Source: Terriglobia bacterium
GTDB lineage: Bacteria; Acidobacteriota; Terriglobia; 20CM-2-55-15
DNA: 64,000 bases
Assembly (NCBI GenBank): GCA_965206125.1
Contig: CBDBIN010000039.1
Coordinates: 10,202 to 74,201, forward strand
Direction of reading: 5' to 3'
A program made the translations under genes and the position numbers. Positions 50,339-59,019 of this stretch are shown here, one piece after another. Positions within the stretch are counted from its first letter, which is position 1. Each line of letters starts with the position of its first letter. The notes below the pieces were generated by a model. That model did no database searches, had not been told where the DNA came from, and was given only the letters and a program-made list of their open reading frames with translations.

Positions 50339-51826
50339 CTACAACCGATCCCCATATTCTTTAATCGCGATGGCCAACGCCGTGTCCAGCCACCGCAAGA
50401 ACGAATCCTCTATCTCCTGCTCGCTCGTCCGATGTGTGAAGACGAATGGCTCCATGGAGCACACTTGAAATTCCTGTGAAACCACGTCCCGGTCTTCGGA
50501 GTTCTCGTAAGATTCCAGCTTGGCAAACGCTGTGGCTTCCATGATTCCCGAAAGCTCCCGTCCAACGTGATGGAATGAGGTGACGAACACGAGCCTCTCG
50601 CGGTCGACCCATACGCTGGCTTTCAGGAAGTAGTGAGCCTCTACGAAGTTCGCAAACTTGCCTACCTCATTGGCCGTCTGGACGACTTCGAATTTGTACC
50701 AATGTGCGTTATCGTGATCCGGCCCACCGTTCGCAATCCTGATGGTTGGTTCGCCAACCGTTGCCAGTGGCTTTGCCAGTTCACTGAAGATCTTCTCGAC
50801 ATGTTCTCTGGCGTTTTGACGTAGCCTGATCGCGACGTCGTTAACCTTCCTAAGCTCGGTCAGCTTCGCCTGACGCCGTCGGCTGAACTTTTCGGTAAGG
50901 GTTTCGATGACGGCTGAAGTCAGGATGCGCTCGTGAGCTACTTCTGCTTCCGCATCGACACTCAGGGCCTGAACAATTGCGGTTCGTTCCAGGCGCGCAA
51001 AAAGCTGTGCAAGAGCGCGAAGGTCGCCGTCGTCGGCCTTTTCCAGAGCACCGAGGTATTCGATGCGGAGATCGCGATCGATAACTAGCGGCAGCAGGTC
51101 CGATCGAAGCAGAACATATGTGATGAGTGCCCTCGCAACGCGTCCATTCCCGTCCTGGTACGGGTGAATTTGAGTGAAGCGATGGTGAAGCCATGATGCG
51201 ACAATGACCGGATCGATTGACTCGTAATTCGAAAAGGACTCCAAAAGGCGCTCCATCTCGGAATCCACGTGTACAGTAGGACAGTACTCATGAACGGATC
51301 CGTCGGGGCGCTTCGGATTGTTTGCCAGTTCTTTGTAGACTCCTTTTCTCAGTGGAATGTCGATCCGGTTACCGAACTGATCGACTGCCACAGTCGTATC
51401 TTGGTGCCTGGTCAGAATCGTGTGAAATTCGTGTATTACGCCTTTGCTCAACGACCGGTTGCCGGCAACACAATCCATCACCAGTTGAATGGCTGCCTCG
51501 TGGTCCCTCAGAATGTCAATCAATCGTGACGGTTCGATGTCCGTGCTCGAACTGGAAATCAGATCTTCGATGAAACCCTTGGCAACGAGCGCTTCGGTTG
51601 TTCCGCGGTCGAGATCGTAGAGGCGTTCGAGGATGCCGGTTTCGACGCTGAGCTGCCGGACGAGCTTTGTCGTAAAGCTCTTCAGCGCCGCAGTGCCTGA
51701 GGCCTTCAGGAGCGCTTTCGATGCGTGCCAGGACTCATACAGGGGGGTCGTGGCCGCCAAGTCGATCGCCCTGTCCTGATCGGTCAGTGGTTCAATCGGG
51801 TGCCACTTATAATTTGTCATCCTCAA
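50339..51826 (-). CDS. Fic-family protein with ~200-aa unassigned C-terminal region
   Basis: HPYQDGNGRVAR matches the Fic core HxFx(D/E)GNGRxxR. N-terminal SVETGILERLY resembles the Fic_N inhibitory-helix region. Confidence 0.85.
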   Translation of the reverse strand: MRMTNYKWHPIEPLTDQDRAIDLAATTPLYESWHASKALLKASGTAALKSFTTKLVRQLSVETGILERLYDLDRGTTEALVAKGFIEDLISSSSTDIEPSRLIDILRDHEAAIQLVMDCVAGNRSLSKGVIHEFHTILTRHQDTTVAVDQFGNRIDIPLRKGVYKELANNPKRPDGSVHEYCPTVHVDSEMERLLESFSNYESIDPVIVASWLHHRFTQIHPYQDGNGRVARALITYVLLRSDLLPLVIDRDLRIEYLGALEKADDGDLRALAQLFARLERTAIVQALSVDAEAEVAHERILTSAVIETLTEKFSRRRQAKLTELRKVNDVAIRLRQNAREHVEKIFSELAKPLATVGEPTIRIANGGPDHDNAHWYKFEVVQTANEVGKFANFVEAHYFLKASVWVDRERLVFVTSFHHVGRELSGIMEATAFAKLESYENSEDRDVVSQEFQVCSMEPFVFTHRTSEQEIEDSFLRWLDTALAIAIKEYGDRL

Positions 51827-51990
51827 TCCACTCCAAAGTTGGTTGCTTATCGGGTCTCACTCCACGACCGCACGGGGCCTGGACCCGAAGCAACCGGGGA
51901 GTCGATGTGGCACATTCGAAGACGACATACAGCCAGTAGCGGTTCCGCGCGTTGCAGGTGCGCTCCCACTCGTTTTCGCTGATCTTGATG

Positions 51991-52863
51991 TCACGGCCGC
52001 GTCATTCGCCATCCGAACAGTTCACGCCAATGCTCCACGGCGGCACGTTCCTTCCCGTCGTTCTCAAGGAGCAGCGCTTCCTCGGCCACCGTCAACCATT
52101 TCCGTACGATGTCTGCTATCTCTCCGCGTCGCGCACGCGAGACTCCACCGTTAACATCAGGGCCAAGTCCGGCAGGATCGGGCCAGTCGTCTGTGATGCG
52201 GTCGGCAACAGAAGCTAAGAAGAACCGGATCTCGTCACGATAACGTCCAAAGGGCTGGAGTACGAGTTCCAGAGCCATGACTTCTAGAAGAAACGAAGGA
52301 TCTATAGGCTCTCCGGCTTCGCGATTGATCCCCTTCACCATCTTCACGAACGGAACGAATTTTTCGTCACATTCCTTGTTCTTGGCCGTTACCAAGGCAG
52401 CGTGCTCTTGTGGATCCGTATCCATCCATCTCGCCCCATTCGGCATGCGATAGCCGTGCCCTTCTCGCGGAAACACCGGGGCAACTTCGTACGATGCAAC
52501 GTCCTCATCGCCGTATTTGATTGTCACCACATTGTCGTCGGTATCGAGATCGCTCCAGCGAGTCGCGAGTACGTCGCGTAGGGCGACGATTGCAGCCGTC
52601 CCTGAGCCCTTCGCCAACGATCCCTGCGGTCCAGCCGGGTCAAGCACTGCGAAGATATCGACATCCTTCAGCTTCTTCGTCTTGGTCTGCCGATTATAGC
52701 TTCCGGTCAGGAAATGATCTGTCAGTTGCCAAGAGGATTCAATATGCTTGCGAACCAACTTGTGTCGACTCTGCGCGAGTTCGCTCTCGGTCTTCGTGAT
52801 TTCAAGATTGGATTTCAAGTTATCAAACGCATCGTCAATGTAAGCCATAGCGTTTCTATTCAC
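51991..52863 (-). CDS. CD-NTase/SMODS-type nucleotidyltransferase
   Basis: FLTGSYNRQTKTKKLKDVDIFAVL gives the GS...DxD polymerase-beta-fold signature. 290 aa. Last gene of a coupled four-gene operon with TRIP13-like and HORMA-like proteins. Confidence 0.7.
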   Translation of the reverse strand: MNRNAMAYIDDAFDNLKSNLEITKTESELAQSRHKLVRKHIESSWQLTDHFLTGSYNRQTKTKKLKDVDIFAVLDPAGPQGSLAKGSGTAAIVALRDVLATRWSDLDTDDNVVTIKYGDEDVASYEVAPVFPREGHGYRMPNGARWMDTDPQEHAALVTAKNKECDEKFVPFVKMVKGINREAGEPIDPSFLLEVMALELVLQPFGRYRDEIRFFLASVADRITDDWPDPAGLGPDVNGGVSRARRGEIADIVRKWLTVAEEALLLENDGKERAAVEHWRELFGWRMTRP

Positions 52864-53369
52864 CTTCTAAGGTAACGGAGACCAGCGCTCGCGTGCGGTC
52901 CGGCTGCAAGTGTGCCGAAACTGTGGGACTGCATCCCGGAAGTGGATGCTCGAATATCCGGACTCCATCCTGGTTGGGCTGAATGAGTTCCCTTGAAGCT
53001 GCAGAACAGGCGGTAGGTGGTTCTCCTAGGAACGCCCTGTAGTTTCGCCAAGTATCGCGCCAGCGCCGCTCGATCCGCGGTGAACTTACGATCACCCTCC
53101 CCAGTGGCCGTGTACGACACCGGGAACTCCATAATCGGACTTACTGTTCCGTTTGGCTGCTGACACTCCAATACTACACACCTGAGTGAACCCTCTTTGA
53201 TCCAGTTCAAAATCGCACGTTGGTCCGTATCCCAATCAGCAAAGAGATATGTTGCGTCGAGGCCCAGCGTCCCGAGAATGTCAGCGATGGACCCAAGTAT
53301 GACGTCGGCCAGATGAGTGGCAGTGTGAGTGCGCGTATACGTCGTCGTCGTCGTTGCCGTGTAGGTCAT
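52860..53369 (-). CDS. Bacterial HORMA-like protein (tentative)
   Basis: 169 aa. Thr-rich N-terminus TYTATTTTTYTRTHTATHLADVILGSIADIL recalls the N-terminal strand/helix of CBASS HORMA proteins. Context with TRIP13-like ATPase. Confidence 0.45.
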   Translation of the reverse strand: MTYTATTTTTYTRTHTATHLADVILGSIADILGTLGLDATYLFADWDTDQRAILNWIKEGSLRCVVLECQQPNGTVSPIMEFPVSYTATGEGDRKFTADRAALARYLAKLQGVPRRTTYRLFCSFKGTHSAQPGWSPDIRASTSGMQSHSFGTLAAGPHASAGLRYLRR

Positions 53370-53860
53370 TGCTTCATCTCCATCTTGCGGAGCGCCTCCA
53401 CATCAATAAGCGAGTCCCTAGAGCTGCCCTTCGCTTTAGCGGAAGGTGCTGACTTTGGCGGCGGGTATGCCGATAGATGCGCCGATTTCTTCACTACTGC
53501 CGCGATGCTCGCATTGAGCGGCCCTGCCTGGGGCAAATAGAGAGTCCATTCTGCTGTGGCACTTGCACCACCTGGCACCGGGTTGGGGTTCTCCTCAACT
53601 TCGAGCGCAGCATCGGCCGTCATCACGGAAACCGTAAGATGCAGGTCGACGTCCACCAGCACCAAGCCCTTGGATTCGAAGTGCCCTCCTGCGATAAGTG
53701 CGGGTGCAAGGCCATAGAGTGGCGCGAGTTCCTGGGCCACACTCCCGACAGGAATTGCCGGGCTGCTTTCAAGCGTGTCGGCAAGAAGTGTGGAAACAAC
53801 CTGCCATGCTTCAGCCGCACTCCGAACTGGTGCCGCCGCGATCGTCCTTTGTCGTTTCAT
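53366..53860 (-). CDS. Unassigned 164-aa protein in the TRIP13/CD-NTase operon (possible second HORMA-like subunit)
   Basis: Start and stop both overlap neighbours by 4 nt. No motif recognised. Lys/Ala/Ser-rich C-terminal tail PPPKSAPSAKAKGSS. Confidence 0.5.
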   Translation of the reverse strand: MKRQRTIAAAPVRSAAEAWQVVSTLLADTLESSPAIPVGSVAQELAPLYGLAPALIAGGHFESKGLVLVDVDLHLTVSVMTADAALEVEENPNPVPGGASATAEWTLYLPQAGPLNASIAAVVKKSAHLSAYPPPKSAPSAKAKGSSRDSLIDVEALRKMEMKQ

Positions 53861-54747
53861 GTCAGTTTCCTCGTCTCTTCTGACCGGGGGCGAGTGGCCT
53901 GCTTCAGACGCGCCGCAGCTGTGAGCAAGTCCTCCACGGTCATGCAGCCTGGGTCCACCACTGTTTCGTGGCGACCGAGCATCGCCTCAGTGATCGTCTT
54001 GCGAATCCGCCTCCCGTCGGTGCCCGCCAGCTGTTCGGCAACTTTCTTAAGTCGAGGCTCGCGGGCGAGCTGAGCAAAGGGTGGGAACGCGGACGACATC
54101 TCTTCAAGAGTGGCTCTCAGAATCGCGACGGCGGCGCGTTCATCCGGTGCAGGGACGTAGATCTCAACATCCACTCTCGAGAGGAACGCTTCGTCGAGAG
54201 CGCCGGTGAAATTACTTGTCGCTACAAAGATGACGTTGGGAAAGTTCGATGTATTCGAATCGAGGGCAGCCAAGACGGCATCGGTGGCGCGGTGGACATC
54301 GGCTGGGTTTGCGGCGAGTGAGGCCTCGCTCCGCGCAACGGCCATGGATTCGACCTCGTCGAGGAGAACTACCGTCGGAATTCCGTCCTCTGCTAGGCTC
54401 GGCACATATTCGGTCAGCAGTTCCGTGACCTTTCGCTGGCTCTGACCATGTTCTGCGCTCATGAGCCCGTGCGGATTCACTTCAATGAACCGAACCTTCT
54501 GCCCCCGGGTGAAAAGTGCCAACTGGTGTGCGAGGCCACGGCCGAGTGTGGTCTTGCCGGTCCCAGGCGGCCCGTGGAGCAGAGCAAGCCCGTGCAGGGC
54601 GGTGGTCTCGAATGGCAGTTCGGCGCGTAGGCGCAGGGCAAGAGCTGCAGATCGAAGAAGGCGTTCCTTGACCGATGGCAGGCTAATGATGGAATCCCAC
54701 AGCTTGGCGTACTGTGGATCTGGCATCATGCGCTCGACCCTCACCAT
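53857..54747 (-). CDS. AAA+ ATPase, Pch2/TRIP13-like
   Basis: LLHGPPGTGKTTL Walker A, VVLLDEVESM Walker B, ATSNFTGALDEAFLSRVD. Start placed at ATG 54747 (or 54729), because track start 54816 lies in the AT-rich operator region. Confidence 0.75.
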   Translation of the reverse strand: MVRVERMMPDPQYAKLWDSIISLPSVKERLLRSAALALRLRAELPFETTALHGLALLHGPPGTGKTTLGRGLAHQLALFTRGQKVRFIEVNPHGLMSAEHGQSQRKVTELLTEYVPSLAEDGIPTVVLLDEVESMAVARSEASLAANPADVHRATDAVLAALDSNTSNFPNVIFVATSNFTGALDEAFLSRVDVEIYVPAPDERAAVAILRATLEEMSSAFPPFAQLAREPRLKKVAEQLAGTDGRRIRKTITEAMLGRHETVVDPGCMTVEDLLTAAARLKQATRPRSEETRKLT

Positions 54748-54774
54748 CTCAGCCGCGTATATCGCGTGTGTGAG

Positions 54775-54816
54775 TTGCATTAATGCAACTATAAGTTGCA
54801 TTATTAAATATTGCAA
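54775..54816. promoter_or_regulatory. Palindromic operator-like sites in divergent promoter region
   Basis: Perfect 14-bp palindrome TTGCATTAATGCAA (54775-54788) and TTGCA-N11-TGCAA (54796-54816) lie between the TRIP13 operon and the XRE gene, in AT-rich sequence. Confidence 0.55.
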
Positions 54817-54891
54817 GGAGTGATGGCGAATCGATACTGTAGGTGCATTCTTCGGGAAGGCACTCCAGAAGCGGGCCTCTCCCCGGATTAA

Positions 54892-55335
54892 ATGACGGTC
54901 AACTACATCATGGGCAATCTAACGAGTACCCACCCATCGGACAGGCCGGGATCAACAGGCCAAGGTCCTGCGGGCCGCGACAAATCGCCACAGGTGGGCA
55001 AAGTGCTACGACGGGCACGGACGCACAGACAAATGTCACTGCGGGAGGTCGAGCGACGGATCGGAAGATCCAACGCCTATTTGTCGCAGGTCGAGCGGGG
55101 CCTCATTAGGCAACCGGATCCGGTTGTTCTCTTGGAACTGGCTGAGCTTTACGGGTTGAACTTCATGACACTGACGACTTGGGCCGGATGGGTTTCAGAA
55201 GGAGGTTCCGAGCCAGACCCTGACCTTGGCAGCTCGACCAGCGTTCTAGTGCGCCGGGTACTGGAACTCGACGACAGGCAGCGCACACAGGTTCTCAGCT
55301 ATGTCGAGAGCCTTCTCCGCGAGAGCCGAACCTAA
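54892..55335 (+). CDS. XRE-family HTH transcriptional regulator
   Basis: VGKVLRRARTHRQMSLREVERRIGRSNAYLSQVERGLIRQPDPVVLLELAELYG is a classic Cro/C1 HTH. The start may be the internal ATG at 54910. Confidence 0.8.
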   Translation: MTVNYIMGNLTSTHPSDRPGSTGQGPAGRDKSPQVGKVLRRARTHRQMSLREVERRIGRSNAYLSQVERGLIRQPDPVVLLELAELYGLNFMTLTTWAGWVSEGGSEPDPDLGSSTSVLVRRVLELDDRQRTQVLSYVESLLRESRT

Positions 55336-55379
55336 GGTACCGAGACGTCCTGCATCCAGGCCATAGACGCGACCCAGGA

Positions 55380-56339
55380 GTGCGTTCAGACTTTGAGTAC
55401 GCGGTTGCTGGCAGCCAGTCTTCGAAACCATATCGTTCATCCATGGCGGATATCTCCACCACTCAGAACTTACTACCGAACATCCAGCGACTGGCTGCCC
55501 AGCGGTACCTATACTCGTGTGCCAAATGCCTTTCGACCATTCAGGCGCTGCTAGCTGGAGCGACGCCAGTCGCAAGTGCCGTGATAGTTGTGTTCTGGAC
55601 GGAAGCACAGCCATGGGCGGCTCTTGCAGGCGTCCTCGTGCTGTTTCTCGGTACGCTTTGGCTCGATCCTTGGGAAGACCGCCTCCGTGAGGCTGCTGCC
55701 GGCATGCAAGAGGATTTTGACTGCAACGTGCTGGATCTTCGGTGGAATGAAGTACTGGCAGGGCGGCGGCCGGCTGCTGAGGAGATCCACGAGGCTGCCA
55801 AGAAGAACAGGCCAGTGCCCCAAGCCCCACTCGAAAACTGGTATCCGACTATCATCGACTCTCTGCCTCTGCACTAGGCCCGGCTTATCTGTCAGCGGAC
55901 TAACTGTTGGTGGGATTCGAAACTGCGGCGGCGATATAGAAGCAAGGTACTGATCGCGTTGAGCCTCATCAGTACCATCGTCTTCGTTCTGGGCTTGTTG
56001 ACGGAAATAAACCTGCAGAAGTTCGTCCTTGCGGTCGCTGTACCACTTTCACCGACTCTCGTTTGGGGGATGCGTGAGGCACAGCGCCAAGAGAAGGCAG
56101 CGGCCACTCTTGATCGCCTCAAAGATTTTGGAGAAGACCTTTGGAAGGGAGTCGTCCAGGGTGAGGTGATGGAACCCGAGGCCACAAGCCGCTCACGCGA
56201 ACTGCAAGATGCGATCTTTCTACGCCGCCGTGCGAACCCCTTCGTCTTCGACTGGCTCTACCGGCTGGTGCGTCGAGACAACGAGGAGCAAATGAATGTC
56301 GGCGCGGAAGTTATGGTGGCTCAGGTGAATAAAGGGTGA
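55380..56339 (+). pseudogene. Four-TM membrane protein (S-4TM-like effector candidate) interrupted by one in-frame TAG
   Basis: Track ORFs 55380..55877 and 55959..56339 are in the same frame. The only stop between them is TAG 55875-55877. Two hydrophobic helices lie before the stop and two after. ICQRTNCWWDSKLRRRY is encoded just after it. Confidence 0.5.
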
Positions 56340-56352
56340 GTTATCAGAACAG

Positions 56353-56811
56353 TGTCGGAAGTGGACCCCATCGGTTGGACAGCGCGGCAGCCATTTTCGT
56401 GTGGATTCCACGGTTCATCATGCTGCCGAAGGGACCGTCGTGATCCCGTCGTAGACCTCGCCTGGGGTGAGATCACCGAGAGCGGAATGGGGCCGGCGGT
56501 CATTGTAGTACTCCATCCAATCCCTTATATGAAGATCCGCATCCTTGAAGTTCTGGAAGGCGTTCAGGTAGACGCACTCGTATTTCAAGGAGCGCCAGAG
56601 CCGCTTGATGAACACGTTGTCCATCCACTGGCCTTTGCCATCCATCGAGATCCGGACGCCGTGATGCTTCAGGAGGCTGGTCCAGGCGGCGCTGATGAAC
56701 TGACTGCCTTGGTCCGTGTTGAAGATCTCCGGACAGCCGTAGCGTTCGATGGCTTCCTCGAGAGCCTCGACGCAGAATGCCGTGTCTTGCGTGTTCGACA
56801 GCCTCCAGGCC
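56353..56811 (-). pseudogene. IS3-family transposase C-terminal fragment with terminal IR
   Basis: LAWRLSNTQDTAFCVEALEEAIERYGCPEIFNTDQGSQFIS...ISMDGKGQWMDNVFIKRLWRSLKYE...YNDRRPHSALG. Putative IS end TGTCGGAAGTGGACCCC at 56353. Confidence 0.8.
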
Positions 56812-57326
56812 AGCACGACGCGCTCACCGACGGTGGATGCGAGAAGCTCTTCCGCGAGAAGCTCTCCGGCACCCGCACGACCCTCCCGGCCAGAGAGAAG
56901 CTCCTCGCGTTCGCGCGCAAGGGCGATGTCGTCGTGGTGTGGAAACTCGATCGCCTTGGGCGCTCCCTCCGCGATCTGATTGATGTGGTGAACTCGCTCC
57001 AGGACCGCGGGGTCGGATTACGGTCTCTCCAGGAAGCCATCGACACGACAACACCCGCCGGCAAGCTCACGTTTCACATCTTTGCCGCACTTGCCGAGTT
57101 CGAGCGCGATATGATCCGTGAGCGCACCCGAGCCGGCCTCGCCGCCGCCCACAAGCGGGGCGTGGCCATCGGACGGCCGCGAGCACTCACGCCTGAGCAG
57201 ATCCTCATAGCCAAGGCGATGACGGCCGACCCATCCATCTCAATACGTCAGGTGGCGGAGCAGTTTGGTATCCACCGCTCGACGCTCTATCGGCACCTCA
57301 ACGCGCGTCAGAAACGCTCCGCTTAG
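56812..57326 (+). pseudogene. Small serine recombinase (resolvase), 5-prime truncated second copy
   Basis: Starts at ...HDALTDGGCEKLF (lacks the catalytic-Ser N-terminus) and runs to an intact C-terminal HTH (IRQVAEQFGIHRSTLYRHL). The first 150 codons of track ORF 56352..57326 are antisense to the IS3 fragment. Confidence 0.8.
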
Positions 57327-57335
57327 CGTGCAAAA

Positions 57336-57964
57336 TTACACCAATCTGCCTGATACCCTGAAGACTCTCGCAAAATATCGGAAACCCAGTTCATGGGCCT
57401 CAAGGAACGCCTGTTGCGTCGCTCGCGGATAGGCCCGATGGAACGCTCCACCACTGCCCATGCTCCGCATGCAAAACACCTGGACCTTCTGATGCTCGCC
57501 ATCCAACTCCGCGACAGATTCGTACCAGTCAATCTGCGCCTCCTGACCCCAGGCGTAGCTCTGCGGCACGAACGTCTCTTGTCGGATGAAACCCATCGCG
57601 CGCTTGCGCTGTCCGACATACCGTCGCACGGTCGATTCTCCAACCGGATGTTCAGGAAACTCGCCCCGAATCCGTTCCTAGATCCGGTAACTCGTGTGCC
57701 GCTGTTTCCGCGGCGCCTTCCGGTCCGCCTCCAACACCTCGTTGATAAATCCCATCACCGGCTCCAGCCGCGGCTTCTTCCGCTCCGGGCTCTTCCTCGC
57801 CGGGGGCACCGCGTCACCCAGTGCCTCACCATCCGCCGATGCACTCCCAGTTTCCGGGACACACCCTGGATCGTTCCAACTCCGAACTCGTGCTCCCGTC
57901 GGATCTCTTCAAATAATTTCACCTTTGATCTCCTCGACACCCGGTCCCTCCGTTCCAACTTCAT
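57336..57964 (-). pseudogene. IS21-family IstA transposase, N-terminal portion, frameshifted
   Basis: [30 protein letters not shown] (HTH) and [59 protein letters not shown] lie in different frames. Truncated at the resolvase end. Confidence 0.7.
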
Positions 57965-58370
57965 GTTTGGAACAGATTCTCCGGGTCAGTTGCCAGGGGT
58001 GGACCAAATCAAATGATCAAATGTGGGCCAATTGAGAGTAGCGAAATCAAGTGGTTGAGTCACGTCACCGAGACACCACAATTATGTGGAGCAAAATCTG
58101 AATCCCGAGACGCTATACCAACGATCGCTCAAAACCGAGATCTCAACTTCACATAATTCGGAGCTTCATATGACATGCCCATATACTTGTCTCACTTCAT
58201 ACTTCGCTTCTTGTGGATTCAACGCCTCAACGTTGAACGGTTGCCGTGATTCTGTCCCGACAACCGCCACAAGGGCGACCTTTCTTGTAGCGTTTTGAAG
58301 TGATCACTGAGGGCTCTGGAAAAGGAGAACCGATGAATGCCGATCAAACACTCTCTTGAAGGAGGAGAAA

Positions 58371-58889
58371 ATGGCCGAGTTCAAGCCCACTGTCGTAGAG
58401 AGACTGATCATCGGGATGCTGTGCGACATCTACAAGCACCTAGAACTGAAAGGCGGTTACGACGCTTCCCTGCTTGAAGAGGCTGTCGTCGGACCGCACC
58501 ATTGGGCACTAGCTTGGAAGTACTCGTTTCAAGATCCTGTCGACGAAGAGGTCGCCGATGAAGTTAGCCTCATCCTCAATATGTGGGAAATGCTCGAAGT
58601 GGGCTACGAACGGCTGTCAGAGGAAGATCAGGCTGATCTGGAGGCACCAAAGTTTCCCGGTTTTGATCTCAATGAGGAGACGAATCACTATAGTGTGGCC
58701 GACGTGATGATCAACCGCTTGGACCGCTTTCAGCGTTTTAAAGAGCGAGACCTCAATTCACATTACCCCATGCTTCACGAGCACAGAGACATGCTGCCTC
58801 GGTATCAGGCGATCAAGAAGGACTTCCTGAAGACCAGGGAAGGCTGGCCGCCAAATAAACAGCAAATCGAGCAGATCCTGAAAGGGTAA
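58371..58889 (+). CDS. YfbU-family protein
   Basis: GGAGGAG RBS then ATG 58371. ERLIIGMLCDIYKHL..., VSLILNMWEML, FPGFDLNEETNHYSVADVMI and NSHYPMLHEHRDMLPRY follow the YfbU (UPF0304) pattern. Confidence 0.65.
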   Translation: MAEFKPTVVERLIIGMLCDIYKHLELKGGYDASLLEEAVVGPHHWALAWKYSFQDPVDEEVADEVSLILNMWEMLEVGYERLSEEDQADLEAPKFPGFDLNEETNHYSVADVMINRLDRFQRFKERDLNSHYPMLHEHRDMLPRYQAIKKDFLKTREGWPPNKQQIEQILKG

Positions 58890-59019
58890 CGATAACGCCA
58901 GTCCGTCGCCTTCTAGCTAACACGACAAAGCAACGACTTAGCTAGCATGTCAATCAGTGGAACCTCCAGGAAATCAGTTAAGTTGACAGTGCCCCCCCAC
59001 CCACGACTGGTGGTCCCTG

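Noticed and set aside
45802-55877. TAG recoding or suppression as an explanation for the two in-frame amber codons (45802-45804 and 55875-55877)
   Set aside because: TAG also terminates the Fic gene (50339-50341) and the IS6 transposase (9261-9263) at the expected lengths. Ordinary nonsense mutations are the simpler explanation.
56352-56811. N-terminal 150 codons of the 324-aa track ORF 56352..57326
   Set aside because: This part is antisense to a clear IS3 transposase fragment. Only the segment from about 56812 matches resolvase.
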